Below, in pieces: positions 1-8,594 of a stretch of 64,000 nt of DNA. The number at the start of each line of letters is the position of its first letter. The first letter of the stretch is position 1. Source of the stretch: an uncultured Armatimonadetes bacterium (GTDB lineage: Bacteria > Armatimonadota > Hebobacteria > Hebobacterales > Hebobacteraceae); contig OY970296.1 of assembly GCA_963716175.1 (NCBI GenBank), forward strand, positions 928,001-992,000, in the 5' to 3' direction. A program made the position numbers and the translations under genes. The notes below the pieces were generated by a model that was not told where the DNA came from, did not search any database, and worked only from the letters and a program-made list of their open reading frames with translations.

Positions 1-182
1 GCGAAGCTGGCGGTTACATAGTCAGCCCGATGCTTCTTCGCCACCTCCGCCAGGCGCCGCCTCGACTTATCCGCAATCGCCACTAGCCGCGTCGCCGGAT
101 TCTGGCTGGCGTCCCGCAACACCCCAAACGCGGTGTACCAGTGATCCAGTCCCACCACTCCCACGCCGATCTGGTTTGCCAT
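1..182 (-). CDS. Gfo/Idh/MocA oxidoreductase, N-terminal part (runs off the window)
   Basis: Manual translation MANQIGVGVVGLDHWY...RLVAIAD; Rossmann-like start; GAGGA SD upstream; not in the ORF track. Confidence 0.7.
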   Translation of the reverse strand, partial: MANQIGVGVVGLDHWYTAFGVLRDASQNPATRLVAIADKSRRRLAEVAKKHRADYVTASF

Positions 183-308
183 TCCTCACTCCTCGCCCGT
201 GGTATTGACCTAAGCAGGCTCACTATTCCCGCTGGCCGTCGCCGCTCCTTCTCACCCGCAGGACCTGCCAGCAGCCGCGCCGAAGCTCTCCGGGCCGGAG
301 GAGCTGCC

Positions 309-1502
309 ATGAGCGACAGCGGCAAGGCCGAGATCCCCGATCTGAAAGCTCACCTGCTCACTCGCGTCCTCCCGTTCTGGGAAGAGCACAGTCTGGACCA
401 GGACTACGGTGGCTTCATCACCCATCTCGCCCGCGATGGCACCATCACTGATGCCTCCCGGAAATCCCTGGTGCCGCAGGCGCGCATGGTCTACAGCCTC
501 GCCGCCGGCGCCGGCCTGGGCGGACCCTCCCAGTGGCTGAATGCCGCCCGCCAAGGCGCCGGGTTCCTGCTGCAGCGCTTCCGCGATGTCGAGCAGGACG
601 GCTGGTTCTGGTGCGTGAGCCGCCAGGGAAACCCCCTTGAGACTGCCAAGCGGACGTATGGACATGCCTTTGTCATCTACGCCCTCTCCGAGTACGGCCG
701 GATCGCCGGCGACAACCGCGCCCTCGCCGCCGCCGACCACACCTGGAGCCTGGTCGCCGAGCGCCTCTGGGACACCACCCACCAGGGCGCGATCGAGGCC
801 TGCGATCGCGACTGGCGGCCCACCGATCCGAGCCACACCATGGGCACCCACCTTCATATCCTGGAGGCCTTGCTGGCCCTCGATCAAGCCCTGGGCGGCC
901 GCCTCCACTGGCCCCGGGTGCGCCGCCTCTGCGATCTCATTGTCGCCCGCATGGTGGAGCCACAGCATCGCTGCGCCCTGGAGAAGTTCCATCCCGACTG
1001 GACTCACGACCGGGAGGCGAGCAGAGATCTGATTGACTACGGCCACAACCTGGAGGCGGCCTGGCTGCTGCTGCGAGTGCACCAGATGGAGGAGACTGCC
1101 GCCTACCAGGAGACCGCGCGGGGTTTTCTCGATTACGCGCTGCGCTTCGGATTGGATACCAACTATGGGGGGGTCTTCTCCCACGGGCCCCTCGGGGAGG
1201 CGGCCACGGTGCGCCAGAAGATCTGGTGGGTGCAGACCGAGGCCTTGGTAGCCTTCCTGCTCGGCTATCTGGTCTTCGCCGACCGCCGCTATTGGGATGC
1301 CTTCCGGAACGTGGTGAGCTTCTGCCTGCGGTGCCTGCACGACCCCGAGCATGGCGAGTGGTATCACTCCACGGAGGAGGACGGCACCCCCCGAGACACC
1401 ACCAAGGGGTCGGCCTGGAAAGCGGCCTACCATATCACGCAGGCCTGCCTGTACGCGCATGAGTATCTGGGCCAGATCAGGGACGCCCCCGGATCGCCTT
1501 GA
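309..1502 (+). CDS. AGE-family epimerase (cellobiose 2-epimerase / N-acylglucosamine 2-epimerase-like)
   Basis: LPFW..D..YGGF, QARMVY, THLHILEA, YGHNLEAAWLL, WWVQTEAL and WKAAYH motifs; GGAGG SD. Confidence 0.9.
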   Translation: MSDSGKAEIPDLKAHLLTRVLPFWEEHSLDQDYGGFITHLARDGTITDASRKSLVPQARMVYSLAAGAGLGGPSQWLNAARQGAGFLLQRFRDVEQDGWFWCVSRQGNPLETAKRTYGHAFVIYALSEYGRIAGDNRALAAADHTWSLVAERLWDTTHQGAIEACDRDWRPTDPSHTMGTHLHILEALLALDQALGGRLHWPRVRRLCDLIVARMVEPQHRCALEKFHPDWTHDREASRDLIDYGHNLEAAWLLLRVHQMEETAAYQETARGFLDYALRFGLDTNYGGVFSHGPLGEAATVRQKIWWVQTEALVAFLLGYLVFADRRYWDAFRNVVSFCLRCLHDPEHGEWYHSTEEDGTPRDTTKGSAWKAAYHITQACLYAHEYLGQIRDAPGSP

Positions 1503-1528
1503 CACCTCGGCATGGAGCTTGCTACAAT
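1499..1528 (+). promoter_or_regulatory. sigma70-type promoter TTGACA-18-TACAAT with TGn extension
   Basis: Near-consensus hexamers upstream of the small ORF at 1564. Confidence 0.6.
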
Positions 1529-1563
1529 CCCGCTGGATTGCGGCAGTGGATGCAGGAGGATTG

Positions 1564-1764
1564 ATGCCGACGATTGATCTTGAGCAGCTGCGGACTGTCT
1601 CTCCTAGCTTGCCCCGTTTCCTCGAGTTCGAGCGCGAGATCGAGGAGAGCATCCGGCAGGAGGACTCTTTCCGCAAGGAAGAGCACGAAGAGGAGAAAAG
1701 GGCGCGGGAGAAGCGGGCGCGCAAGAAGCGCTTGAGGAAGCTGCGGCAACTGCAGCAGCAGTGA
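1564..1764 (+). CDS. small highly charged hypothetical protein (66 aa)
   Basis: AGGAGGA SD and its own promoter; E/R/K-rich helical sequence. Confidence 0.6.
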   Translation: MPTIDLEQLRTVSPSLPRFLEFEREIEESIRQEDSFRKEEHEEEKRAREKRARKKRLRKLRQLQQQ

Positions 1765-1860
1765 GCAAGTTGCCTCCGCAGCACCAGCGGGTGGGGCGCG
1801 TCTCGCCGGCCCCCTCGAGGTGGCACCAGGGGAGCCCCACATCACGGTGGGGCTTTCTGC

Positions 1861-1992
1861 CTAGAGCGCATTTCGTAACCTACCTGCTAGCTGGCCGCAC
1901 CACGCCCTCGCGTGAAATGCGCCTGCCACGGCCTGACGTTGTGCAGTGCTGTTTCATAACCTCCCCTGGGAAGGCTATGAAACAGCTTCTAG
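1861..1992. mobile_element. MITE-like element copy 1 (126 bp between TA dinucleotides)
   Basis: Near-identical copies at 41890 and 62379; imperfect TIR TAGAGCGCATTTC(A/G)TAACC / GG(T/C)TATGAAACAGCTTCTA; internal hairpin. Confidence 0.85.
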
Positions 1993-2000
1993 ATTGACCC

Positions 2001-2467
2001 ATGAACCAGGAAGCCTATAACCAGCTCGCCGCTCTGCTGCGTCTGTTCCAGCAGCACGGCCTGGATGAGCTTCTGGTAGAAGATGACTCCTTCAAGCTCC
2101 GCCTGCGCCGCGGCCGCGCCGACCACATGCCGGCTCGCACCCCTGTCGTGCCGCCTCCCTCTGCTGCGCCTCCCCGGCCGGCTGGGCGCACCACCCGCAC
2201 GGTGGCGGTCCGCTCCCCGCTCATTGGGATCTTCTACCGCGCCCCGCGTCGGACACTCCAGCCTTCGTGGAGATCGGAGACAGCGTGGAGGAGGGGCAGA
2301 CGGTCTGCGTCGTGGAGGCGATGAAGGTGTTCAATGAGATCAAGGCGGAGTGGAGCGGCCGCGTCATCGCCATCCCGGCCGAGGATGGCAAGCTGGTGCA
2401 GGCCGGTGAGCCGCTGATCGTGCTCGAATTCCCCCGCGAGGGCCAGCCGGCCAAGGAGGCGGTCTGA
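2001..2467 (+). CDS. accB: biotin carboxyl carrier protein, frameshifted near 2242-2245 (probably a sequencing error)
   Basis: VRSPLIGIFYRAP in one frame and VEAMKVFNEI biotinylation motif in another; adding one C restores FYRAPASDTPAFVEIG. Confidence 0.9.
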
Positions 2468-3768
2468 TGGCAGAGCAGCCCATCTACCTCGGCATCATCG
2501 GCTTCGGGAACGTCGGCTCCGGCACCTATCACACCCTCCTGGAGAATCAGGCGAGCATTGACCGGAAAGTGGGCCGGCCCCTGCGGGTGAAGCGCATCGC
2601 GGATGTGGACTGGTCCCGTCCCCGGCCGCTCGGGGTGAGCGTGCCGCCCGAACTGCGGACCACCGACGCCCGCACCCTGATCAACGATCCGGAGATCGCG
2701 ATCGTCGTGGAATGCATCGGTGGCATCCAGCCATCGCTCAACCTGGTGCTGGAGGCGCTGCGCGGCGGCAAGAGCGTGGTGACCTCCAATAAGGAGCTGG
2801 TGGCCCGCCACGGCAAGGAGCTGTTCGACGCCGCCGCCGCGCGCGGCCTCGATCTCGCCTTCGAGGGCAGCGTGGGTGGCGGCATCCCCATCGTCCGGCC
2901 GCTCAAGAGCTGCCTCGCCGGCAACCGCATCAGCCGCATCATGGGCATCGTCAATGGCACCACCAACTTCATCCTCACCCGCATGCGCGAGCAAGGGACC
3001 GAGTTCGGCGAGGCGCTGGCAGAGGCACAGCAGCTCGGCTATGCGGAACCGGACCCGACCAATGACGTGGAGGGCTTCGACGCCGCCTTCAAGCTGGCGA
3101 TTCTGGCCTCCATCGCGTTCGAGACCCGGGTGCTGGTGGAAGACATCCACCGGGAGGGGATCACCGGCCTGGCGGCGCGCGACATGGAGTACGCCCGGCA
3201 GTTCGGGTACATCATCAAGCTGCTCGCCATCGGCGCCGAGGTGGAGGGCGGCCTGGAGCTGCGGGTGCACCCCACCTTGCTCCCCCTGAGCCATCCTCTG
3301 GCTGCCGTGAGCGGGCCCTTCAATGCCATCTTCGTGCGCGGCAGCTCGGTGGGGGAGGTGATGTTCTACGGGCAGGGAGCAGGCCCTCTGCCCACCGGGT
3401 CGGCGATGGTCGGGGACATCATTGATGTGGCGCGCAACCTCCGCTTCGGGGCCACCGGCCGCGTGGCTTGCACCTGCTTCGAGGAGAAGCCGGCCCGCCC
3501 CATCGAGGAACTGCGAACTCGCTATTATCTCAGGACCCAGGTGGCGGATCGGCCCGGGGTGCTGGCCGCCATCGCCAAGGTCTTCGGCGAAGAGGGAGTG
3601 AGCCTCGCCTCGGTGCTCCAGGTGGCCGCCTCCGGGCAGACCGCGGAGATCGTGTGGCTGACCCACGAGACCCGGGAGCGACAGATGAGGCGCTCCCTGG
3701 AGCGCATCGCCGCACTGCCGGAGGTGCACCAGATCAACAGCCTCATCCGCGCCGAGGACCAGGAGTGA
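2467..3768 (+). CDS. hom: homoserine dehydrogenase with C-terminal ACT domain
   Basis: GFGNVG, FEGSVGGGIP, NGTTNFIL, GYAEPDPTNDVEG and DRPGVLA motifs. Confidence 0.97.
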   Translation: MAEQPIYLGIIGFGNVGSGTYHTLLENQASIDRKVGRPLRVKRIADVDWSRPRPLGVSVPPELRTTDARTLINDPEIAIVVECIGGIQPSLNLVLEALRGGKSVVTSNKELVARHGKELFDAAAARGLDLAFEGSVGGGIPIVRPLKSCLAGNRISRIMGIVNGTTNFILTRMREQGTEFGEALAEAQQLGYAEPDPTNDVEGFDAAFKLAILASIAFETRVLVEDIHREGITGLAARDMEYARQFGYIIKLLAIGAEVEGGLELRVHPTLLPLSHPLAAVSGPFNAIFVRGSSVGEVMFYGQGAGPLPTGSAMVGDIIDVARNLRFGATGRVACTCFEEKPARPIEELRTRYYLRTQVADRPGVLAAIAKVFGEEGVSLASVLQVAASGQTAEIVWLTHETRERQMRRSLERIAALPEVHQINSLIRAEDQE

Positions 3769-3772
3769 GACC

Positions 3773-4873
3773 ATGAGATCACGACCGGAGTGGCCCGGCG
3801 TCATCGAGGCCTACCGCGAGTTCCTGCCGGTGTCTCCGTCCACCCCTGTGGTCACGCTGCTGGAGGGCAATACCCCCCTGCTGCCGGCGCCGAACCTGCA
3901 AGAGCGAATCGGCCTGCCCATCCCGCTCTATCTGAAATACGAGGGCGCCAACCCCACCGGCTCTTTCAAGGACCGCGGAATGACCATGGCCGTGTCCAAG
4001 GCCCTGGAGGAGGGCCAGCGAGCGGTGATCTGCGCCTCCACCGGCAACACCGCCGCCTCCGCCGCCGCCTACGCGGCCAAGGCCGGCCTCCAGTGCATCG
4101 TCGTGCTGCCCCTGCGCTACATCGCCATGGGCAAGCTCGCCCAGTCGCTGGTGCACGGGGCGAGGGTGGTGGCGATTGACGGCGTCTTCGACGACGCCTT
4201 CCGCATCGTGGTCGAGATCAGCAGCAACCACCCGGTCCAGTTGGTCAACTCCGTCAACCCCTATCGCATTGAAGGGCAGAAAACCGGGGCCTTCGAGATC
4301 TGCGAAGCCCTGGGTGACGCGCCCGTCTACCACGCCATCCCGGTGGGCAACGCGGGCAACATCACCGCTTACTGGAAGGGCTACTGCGAGTACCACAGGC
4401 TGGGGCGCAGCCGCCGCCGGCCCAAGATGCTCGGCTTTCAGGCCGAGGGCGCGGCCCCCATCGTGCGGGGCGAGGCCATCGCGGATCCTCAGACCATCGC
4501 CACTGCTATCAAGATCGGTAACCCGGCGAGCTGGAAGGGCGCGGTGGCCGCCCGCGACGAATCCGGAGGGCTGATCACGACCGTAACCGATGACGAGATC
4601 ATTGAGGCCTATAAGATGCTGGCCGGGGTGGAGGGCGTTTTCTGCGAGCCCGCCTCCGCCACCTCGGTGGCTGGCGTCGCCAAGCTGACCCGGCAGGGCT
4701 ACTTCGCGGGCGAGCAGGCGACTGACGCCTCCGTGGTCTGCATCATCACCGGCCATGGCCTCAAGGACCCCGACCGCGCCATTGCCACCGCCGCCGAGCC
4801 GGAGAAGGTGGAGGCGAATGTGGAGGCGGTGGTGGAGTTGCTAGGGTTGAGGGAACCGGCGCTGGTTCCGTAG
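3773..4873 (+). CDS. thrC: threonine synthase
   Basis: NPTGSFKDRG, ASTGNT and PVGNAGN motifs; directly after hom. Confidence 0.97.
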   Translation: MRSRPEWPGVIEAYREFLPVSPSTPVVTLLEGNTPLLPAPNLQERIGLPIPLYLKYEGANPTGSFKDRGMTMAVSKALEEGQRAVICASTGNTAASAAAYAAKAGLQCIVVLPLRYIAMGKLAQSLVHGARVVAIDGVFDDAFRIVVEISSNHPVQLVNSVNPYRIEGQKTGAFEICEALGDAPVYHAIPVGNAGNITAYWKGYCEYHRLGRSRRRPKMLGFQAEGAAPIVRGEAIADPQTIATAIKIGNPASWKGAVAARDESGGLITTVTDDEIIEAYKMLAGVEGVFCEPASATSVAGVAKLTRQGYFAGEQATDASVVCIITGHGLKDPDRAIATAAEPEKVEANVEAVVELLGLREPALVP

Positions 4874-4950
4874 TAGGGCAGGTCCCCCTAGGCCGCCTGC
4901 CGCGGCCGGGGTGGCGGCCCGCTGCGCAGGTTGAGCCACGCGACCTGCCC

Positions 4951-4976
4951 GGCGGGCATGGGCATGCCCGCCCTAC
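4951..4976 (-). repeat. REP family A (GTAGGGCGGGCAT..ATGCCCGCC)
   Basis: GTAG plus palindrome; same family as the REPs flanking the RAYT gene. Confidence 0.9.
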
Positions 4977-5052
4977 AACGAGCTGCCTCCTGCCAATCCG
5001 ACTGCCGTTACCGCATCCCGGCGGTTCTAGCGGTCGTCGGTCGCTTTTCTCC

Positions 5053-5149
5053 CCCTTTCTCCGCCGTGCGCCCGCCGGGCCGGCCGATGATCCAGCGTAT
5101 AGTACCCCAGGTCCCGAGGGTGGGAGGCGGGCGCACGGCGGGGAAAGGG
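5053..5149. repeat. 24-bp inverted repeat with 49-nt spacer
   Basis: CCCTTTCTCCGCCGTGCGCCCGCC (5053-5076) versus GGCGGGCGCACGGCGGGGAAAGGG (5126-5149); one mismatch, which is G-U compatible. Confidence 0.8.
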
Positions 5150-5160
5150 CCTCGCAGCGG

Positions 5161-5190
5161 GGACAGGAGACAGGCTCCTGCCCAAAGAAC
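5161..5190 (-). repeat. REP-like family B (GGGCAGGAG-N5-CTCCTGCCC), diverged copy
   Basis: Related copies at 7357, 8458 (interrupted) and 11411. Confidence 0.7.
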
Positions 5191-5273
5191 GGGAACCCCA
5201 CGTAGGTAGAAGAATGAGAGGAGAAGCTCGTGTGCGCAGTGGCCTAGTGCAGACTGAACTGAGGGGAGGCGGA

Positions 5274-6398
5274 ATGCGAGTTCACGCTCAAGCGCTTCTC
5301 GGGCTGGCGCTGCTGCTTCTGGGTGCAGCAGCAGCGCGCGGGCAGCAGAGCGAATACCGGTCGGGGGCAACGCAATCCACCAATGAAGGCATAGCCACTC
5401 CGGTAAGGTATGATTGCCTTGAGTTGCTGAGCGTGACCGCGCAGCTCATGACGCCGGGACTGCCACGTGACAAGTCTCTGCTCGCAGGCGGGGACGAAAG
5501 CGCCTTGGAGGTTGTCCGAGGCTTGGCGCGCCGCTACACAGTGGTCCTTGTCAAGCTTGAAGCGAAGGGGGTCCCTGCCACCTTTCTGATGTCCAGGTGG
5601 CAGCTGGTGGCCGGGAAGAACACGCTTGACCAAGTTACCCGGATTGACGACCTAGGCGTGATGCCTCCCCTGAGCAAGAACTTGCAGGCAGGCACTGAGC
5701 TGCTTGGATTCCTATGCTATCCCAAAGCGGAATTGGGCAATGTCGACGTCGTGCTGGTCGCGCCCGAGGGCACTATACGTGAGGAGAGCTCGGGCCTCTC
5801 GGCAGTCCATTTCGTGCTCACAGGACCCAGGCCCCGGGCGCTAACTCCGCTCGATATAAGGCGCGAGCAACGGGAGTCCGATACACCATTGTTCCGTCCC
5901 GGCGAAACTGTCACGCCCGCCAAGCGCGGCAGCGGGGTTGTGAAGACACGGGTTACAGTGGTGGGACAGCCGCTCAGCGGAGTGTGGATGCTCCTCGCCC
6001 CCTTTGACTATCGCGACGACATGGACCGTGCGGAGGAGTTCTACCGAAGCATGGGCCTGTCCCTTCAGGAGGTTATGGACTCGGCCCTTGCAGGTTTCTC
6101 CGGCGCTTATCACCGGAAGGCGACGGATGCCAAGGCCGCCGGAGCTTTGTCGGAATTCCGCCTGGACCGAGCTGGGGAAGCGAACGTCGAAATGGGCGCC
6201 GGGCAGTACTGGCTTTCGGTTGCTCTGGAGCACCGCAAACACTCCCTGGAGAGTCCGTCGGGTGCACACCGTCCGAGCCACTACACCGCGCGCGATGGGA
6301 AGACCTACTGTTGGAACGTCCGTGTCGTGATCGAAGCGGGTAAGATGACGAGTGTCGTGCTGGATGAGGCGAATGCCATGCTTGTTCCAGGGAAATGA
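5274..6398 (+). CDS. hypothetical exported protein
   Basis: Signal-peptide-like N-terminus; GGAGG SD; more A/T-ending codons than neighbours. Confidence 0.7.
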   Translation: MRVHAQALLGLALLLLGAAAARGQQSEYRSGATQSTNEGIATPVRYDCLELLSVTAQLMTPGLPRDKSLLAGGDESALEVVRGLARRYTVVLVKLEAKGVPATFLMSRWQLVAGKNTLDQVTRIDDLGVMPPLSKNLQAGTELLGFLCYPKAELGNVDVVLVAPEGTIREESSGLSAVHFVLTGPRPRALTPLDIRREQRESDTPLFRPGETVTPAKRGSGVVKTRVTVVGQPLSGVWMLLAPFDYRDDMDRAEEFYRSMGLSLQEVMDSALAGFSGAYHRKATDAKAAGALSEFRLDRAGEANVEMGAGQYWLSVALEHRKHSLESPSGAHRPSHYTARDGKTYCWNVRVVIEAGKMTSVVLDEANAMLVPGK

Positions 6399-6588
6399 AC
6401 AAGAGTCACGGCCCTAGCTTACCGTCGTGCCCATTCCGCAGGAAGCCTGCCCCTGCCATTCCTTTTGAAGGCTGGCCTAGCCTCGTCACGCTCTGCGCTG
6501 GGCATTGAGACGGGCCGGAAGGCTCGTCTGCACCGAGCTTGCGCAAGCTGGGAGATCGTCCGATCCGAGTAGATGGGAGGTCAGGCAC

Positions 6589-7347
6589 ATGTGCCAATTG
6601 CTGGGCATCTCCTCTAACCGGGAAGTGGATCTTGCCTTTTCCCTTCGCGAATGGCGCCACCGCGGGTGTAGCAATCCGGATGGGTACGGATTCGCCTATT
6701 GGGACACGGCTCAGCTCTACATCATCAAGCGTGCTCGCGACCTTTGGGGAGAGAATGCCGAGCGCCTAGACGAAGTCAGGTCAAAACGTAGCCGCACGTT
6801 CCTATGCCATGTGAGGCTCGGATCAGTAGGTGAGCAGGACGGTAGGAATACGCATCCGTTCAAGCGCGTGCTCGATGGACGTCACTTCGCGTTCGCCCAC
6901 AATGGTACTCTCTGCGGGTACCGAGAGCAGTTGCAGCTGAGGCAACTGTCTCCCGAAGGCGATACGGATTCCGAATACGCTTTTCTGTGGCTGCTCGAAC
7001 AGCTATCGGGCGTAGCTGCCGAAAGCTTTTCTGTGCAGCTTCAGTACCTTGCGGACAAGGTCCAGCGATTCGGGAGGTTCAACTTCTTGCTGAGCGACGG
7101 CACAACACTATGGGCCTATGCCGACAATGCCTTGCACTTCATAGAGCGGAGGCCTCCGTACGGAGGCGAGTTGGTGCGCCTACTGCAGGAAGGGTACACT
7201 GTTGCTCTCTCGGACGTAAAGAAGTCCGATGAAAGGGCCATTCTGGTGGCGACCTGCCCGCTCACTGATGAGTCAGGTTGGGAGGGCCTAGGAGTTCGCG
7301 AACTGCTGGTGATCCGCGATGGACAGGTCTGCGAAAGGCTTCGCTAG
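6589..7347 (+). CDS. class II glutamine amidotransferase (YafJ/EgtC-like Ntn hydrolase)
   Basis: N-terminal MCQLLG, NPDGYG, NTHPF, FAHNG, GDTDSE and FNFLLSDG motifs. Confidence 0.92.
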   Translation: MCQLLGISSNREVDLAFSLREWRHRGCSNPDGYGFAYWDTAQLYIIKRARDLWGENAERLDEVRSKRSRTFLCHVRLGSVGEQDGRNTHPFKRVLDGRHFAFAHNGTLCGYREQLQLRQLSPEGDTDSEYAFLWLLEQLSGVAAESFSVQLQYLADKVQRFGRFNFLLSDGTTLWAYADNALHFIERRPPYGGELVRLLQEGYTVALSDVKKSDERAILVATCPLTDESGWEGLGVRELLVIRDGQVCERLR

Positions 7348-7356
7348 CAACCACTT

Positions 7357-7386
7357 GGGCAGGAGACACGCTCCTGCCCCACGAAC
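7357..7386 (-). repeat. REP-like family B
   Basis: GTGG plus GGCAGGAG-cgtgt-CTCCTGCC palindrome on the minus strand. Confidence 0.8.
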
Positions 7387-7396
7387 TTGCCAATTC

Positions 7397-7515
7397 TGTC
7401 ATCCTGAGCATGGCGAAGGATCACGCTGTGTTCTGTTCCGGCGCCGAACAGCTTGAACGGCGGGGTCCCTTCGACTCTGCTCAGGGCAGGTCTTCGGCTT
7501 CGCCTCAGGATGACA
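7397..7515. repeat. palindromic element with 12-bp TIR TGTCATCCTGAG/CTCAGGATGACA
   Basis: Perfect terminal inverted repeats; contains an internal CCTTCGACTCTGCTCAGGGCAGG module. Confidence 0.75.
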
Positions 7516-7540
7516 AGAGAACGGCCAGCGGCAGGAGAAT

Positions 7541-8428
7541 ATGACCCGCGTCATCCTCCAGACCGACCTCCCCTCCATCCCCCTCCTCGCCCGCGGCAAG
7601 GTCCGCGACATCTACGATCTGGGCGAGCGGCTCCTGATCGTGGCCACCGACCGCATCTCCGCCTTCGATGTGGTGATGCCCAACGGCATTCCGGACAAGG
7701 GGCGGGTGCTGACCGCTATGTCCCTGTTCTGGTTTGAGTTCACCAAGGACCTCGTCGAGAACCACCTGATCACCGCGGATGTCGCCCAGTACCCCTCTCC
7801 CCTGCAGCCTCACTCGGATCTGCTGGCAGGCCGCAGCATGCTGGTGAAGCGCGCCAAGGTGGTGCCGATCGAGTGCGTCGTGCGCGGCTACCTCGCAGGC
7901 TCGGGATGGAAGGAATACCAGGAGAAGGGCACGGTGTGCGAGATCGCGCTGCCCCTGGGCCTCCGCGAAAGCGACAAGCTGCCCCTGCCCATCTTCACCC
8001 CGGCCACCAAGGCCGAATCCGGCCACGACATCAACATTCCCCCTGAGCAGGCCTCCCGCATGGTCGGGCACGCCACCTATCACCGCCTGGAATCGCTCAG
8101 CCTCGCGGTCTACCAGCGCGCGGCCGACTACGCCCGCGATCGCGGCATCATCATCGCCGACACCAAGTTCGAGCTGGGCCGGCACGAAGGCCGCCTGATC
8201 CTGGTGGATGAAGTGCTCACCCCCGACTCCTCCCGCTTTTGGCCCCTGGACGACTACCGGCCCGGCCGCTCCCAGCAGAGCTTCGACAAGCAGCCGGTGC
8301 GAGACTACCTGGAGGGGCAGGGCTGGGACAAGCAGCCGCCCGCGCCGCAGCTGCCGACGGAGGTGGTGAAGGGGACGCGCAAGCGGTATGTGGAAGCTCT
8401 GCAGATGCTGACGGGGAAGACTCTGTAG
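7541..8428 (+). CDS. purC: SAICAR synthetase
   Basis: RGKVRDIY, TDRISAFD, ECVVRGYLAGSGW, DTKFE and DEVLTPDSSRFW motifs. Confidence 0.98.
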   Translation: MTRVILQTDLPSIPLLARGKVRDIYDLGERLLIVATDRISAFDVVMPNGIPDKGRVLTAMSLFWFEFTKDLVENHLITADVAQYPSPLQPHSDLLAGRSMLVKRAKVVPIECVVRGYLAGSGWKEYQEKGTVCEIALPLGLRESDKLPLPIFTPATKAESGHDINIPPEQASRMVGHATYHRLESLSLAVYQRAADYARDRGIIIADTKFELGRHEGRLILVDEVLTPDSSRFWPLDDYRPGRSQQSFDKQPVRDYLEGQGWDKQPPAPQLPTEVVKGTRKRYVEALQMLTGKTL

Positions 8429-8454
8429 GGCGGGCGTTCCCACGCCCACCCTAC
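8425..8454. repeat. double-ended REP palindrome GTAGGGCGGGCGT-tccc-ACGCCCACCCTAC
   Basis: GTAG overlaps the purC TAG stop; CTAC closes the other end. Confidence 0.8.
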
Positions 8455-8594
8455 AGTGGCAGGAGGCAAGCCTACTCCGCCGAAGTAGCTGAAGCTCCTT
8501 CGGCTACGAAGGCTAGAAGCTCCTGTCCAACGAACCTCTATTCAACCCCGTAGGGCAGGGCTCGCGATTCCGCGCAACACGGAAGGGAGACAGC

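Noticed and set aside
252-1826. Long antisense or alternate-frame ORFs (e.g. 252-1826, 2221-3804, 27097-29442, 36370-38334, 55817-57826)
   Set aside because: Shadow ORFs of real genes, expected in high-GC DNA; no motifs
2001-2467. Programmed frameshifting in accB
   Set aside because: No canonical slippery heptamer, and the same deletion type appears in three unrelated genes
5100-5130. SRP RNA motif (CAGGTCC..)
   Set aside because: Lacks the GGAAGGAAGCAG helix-8 signature
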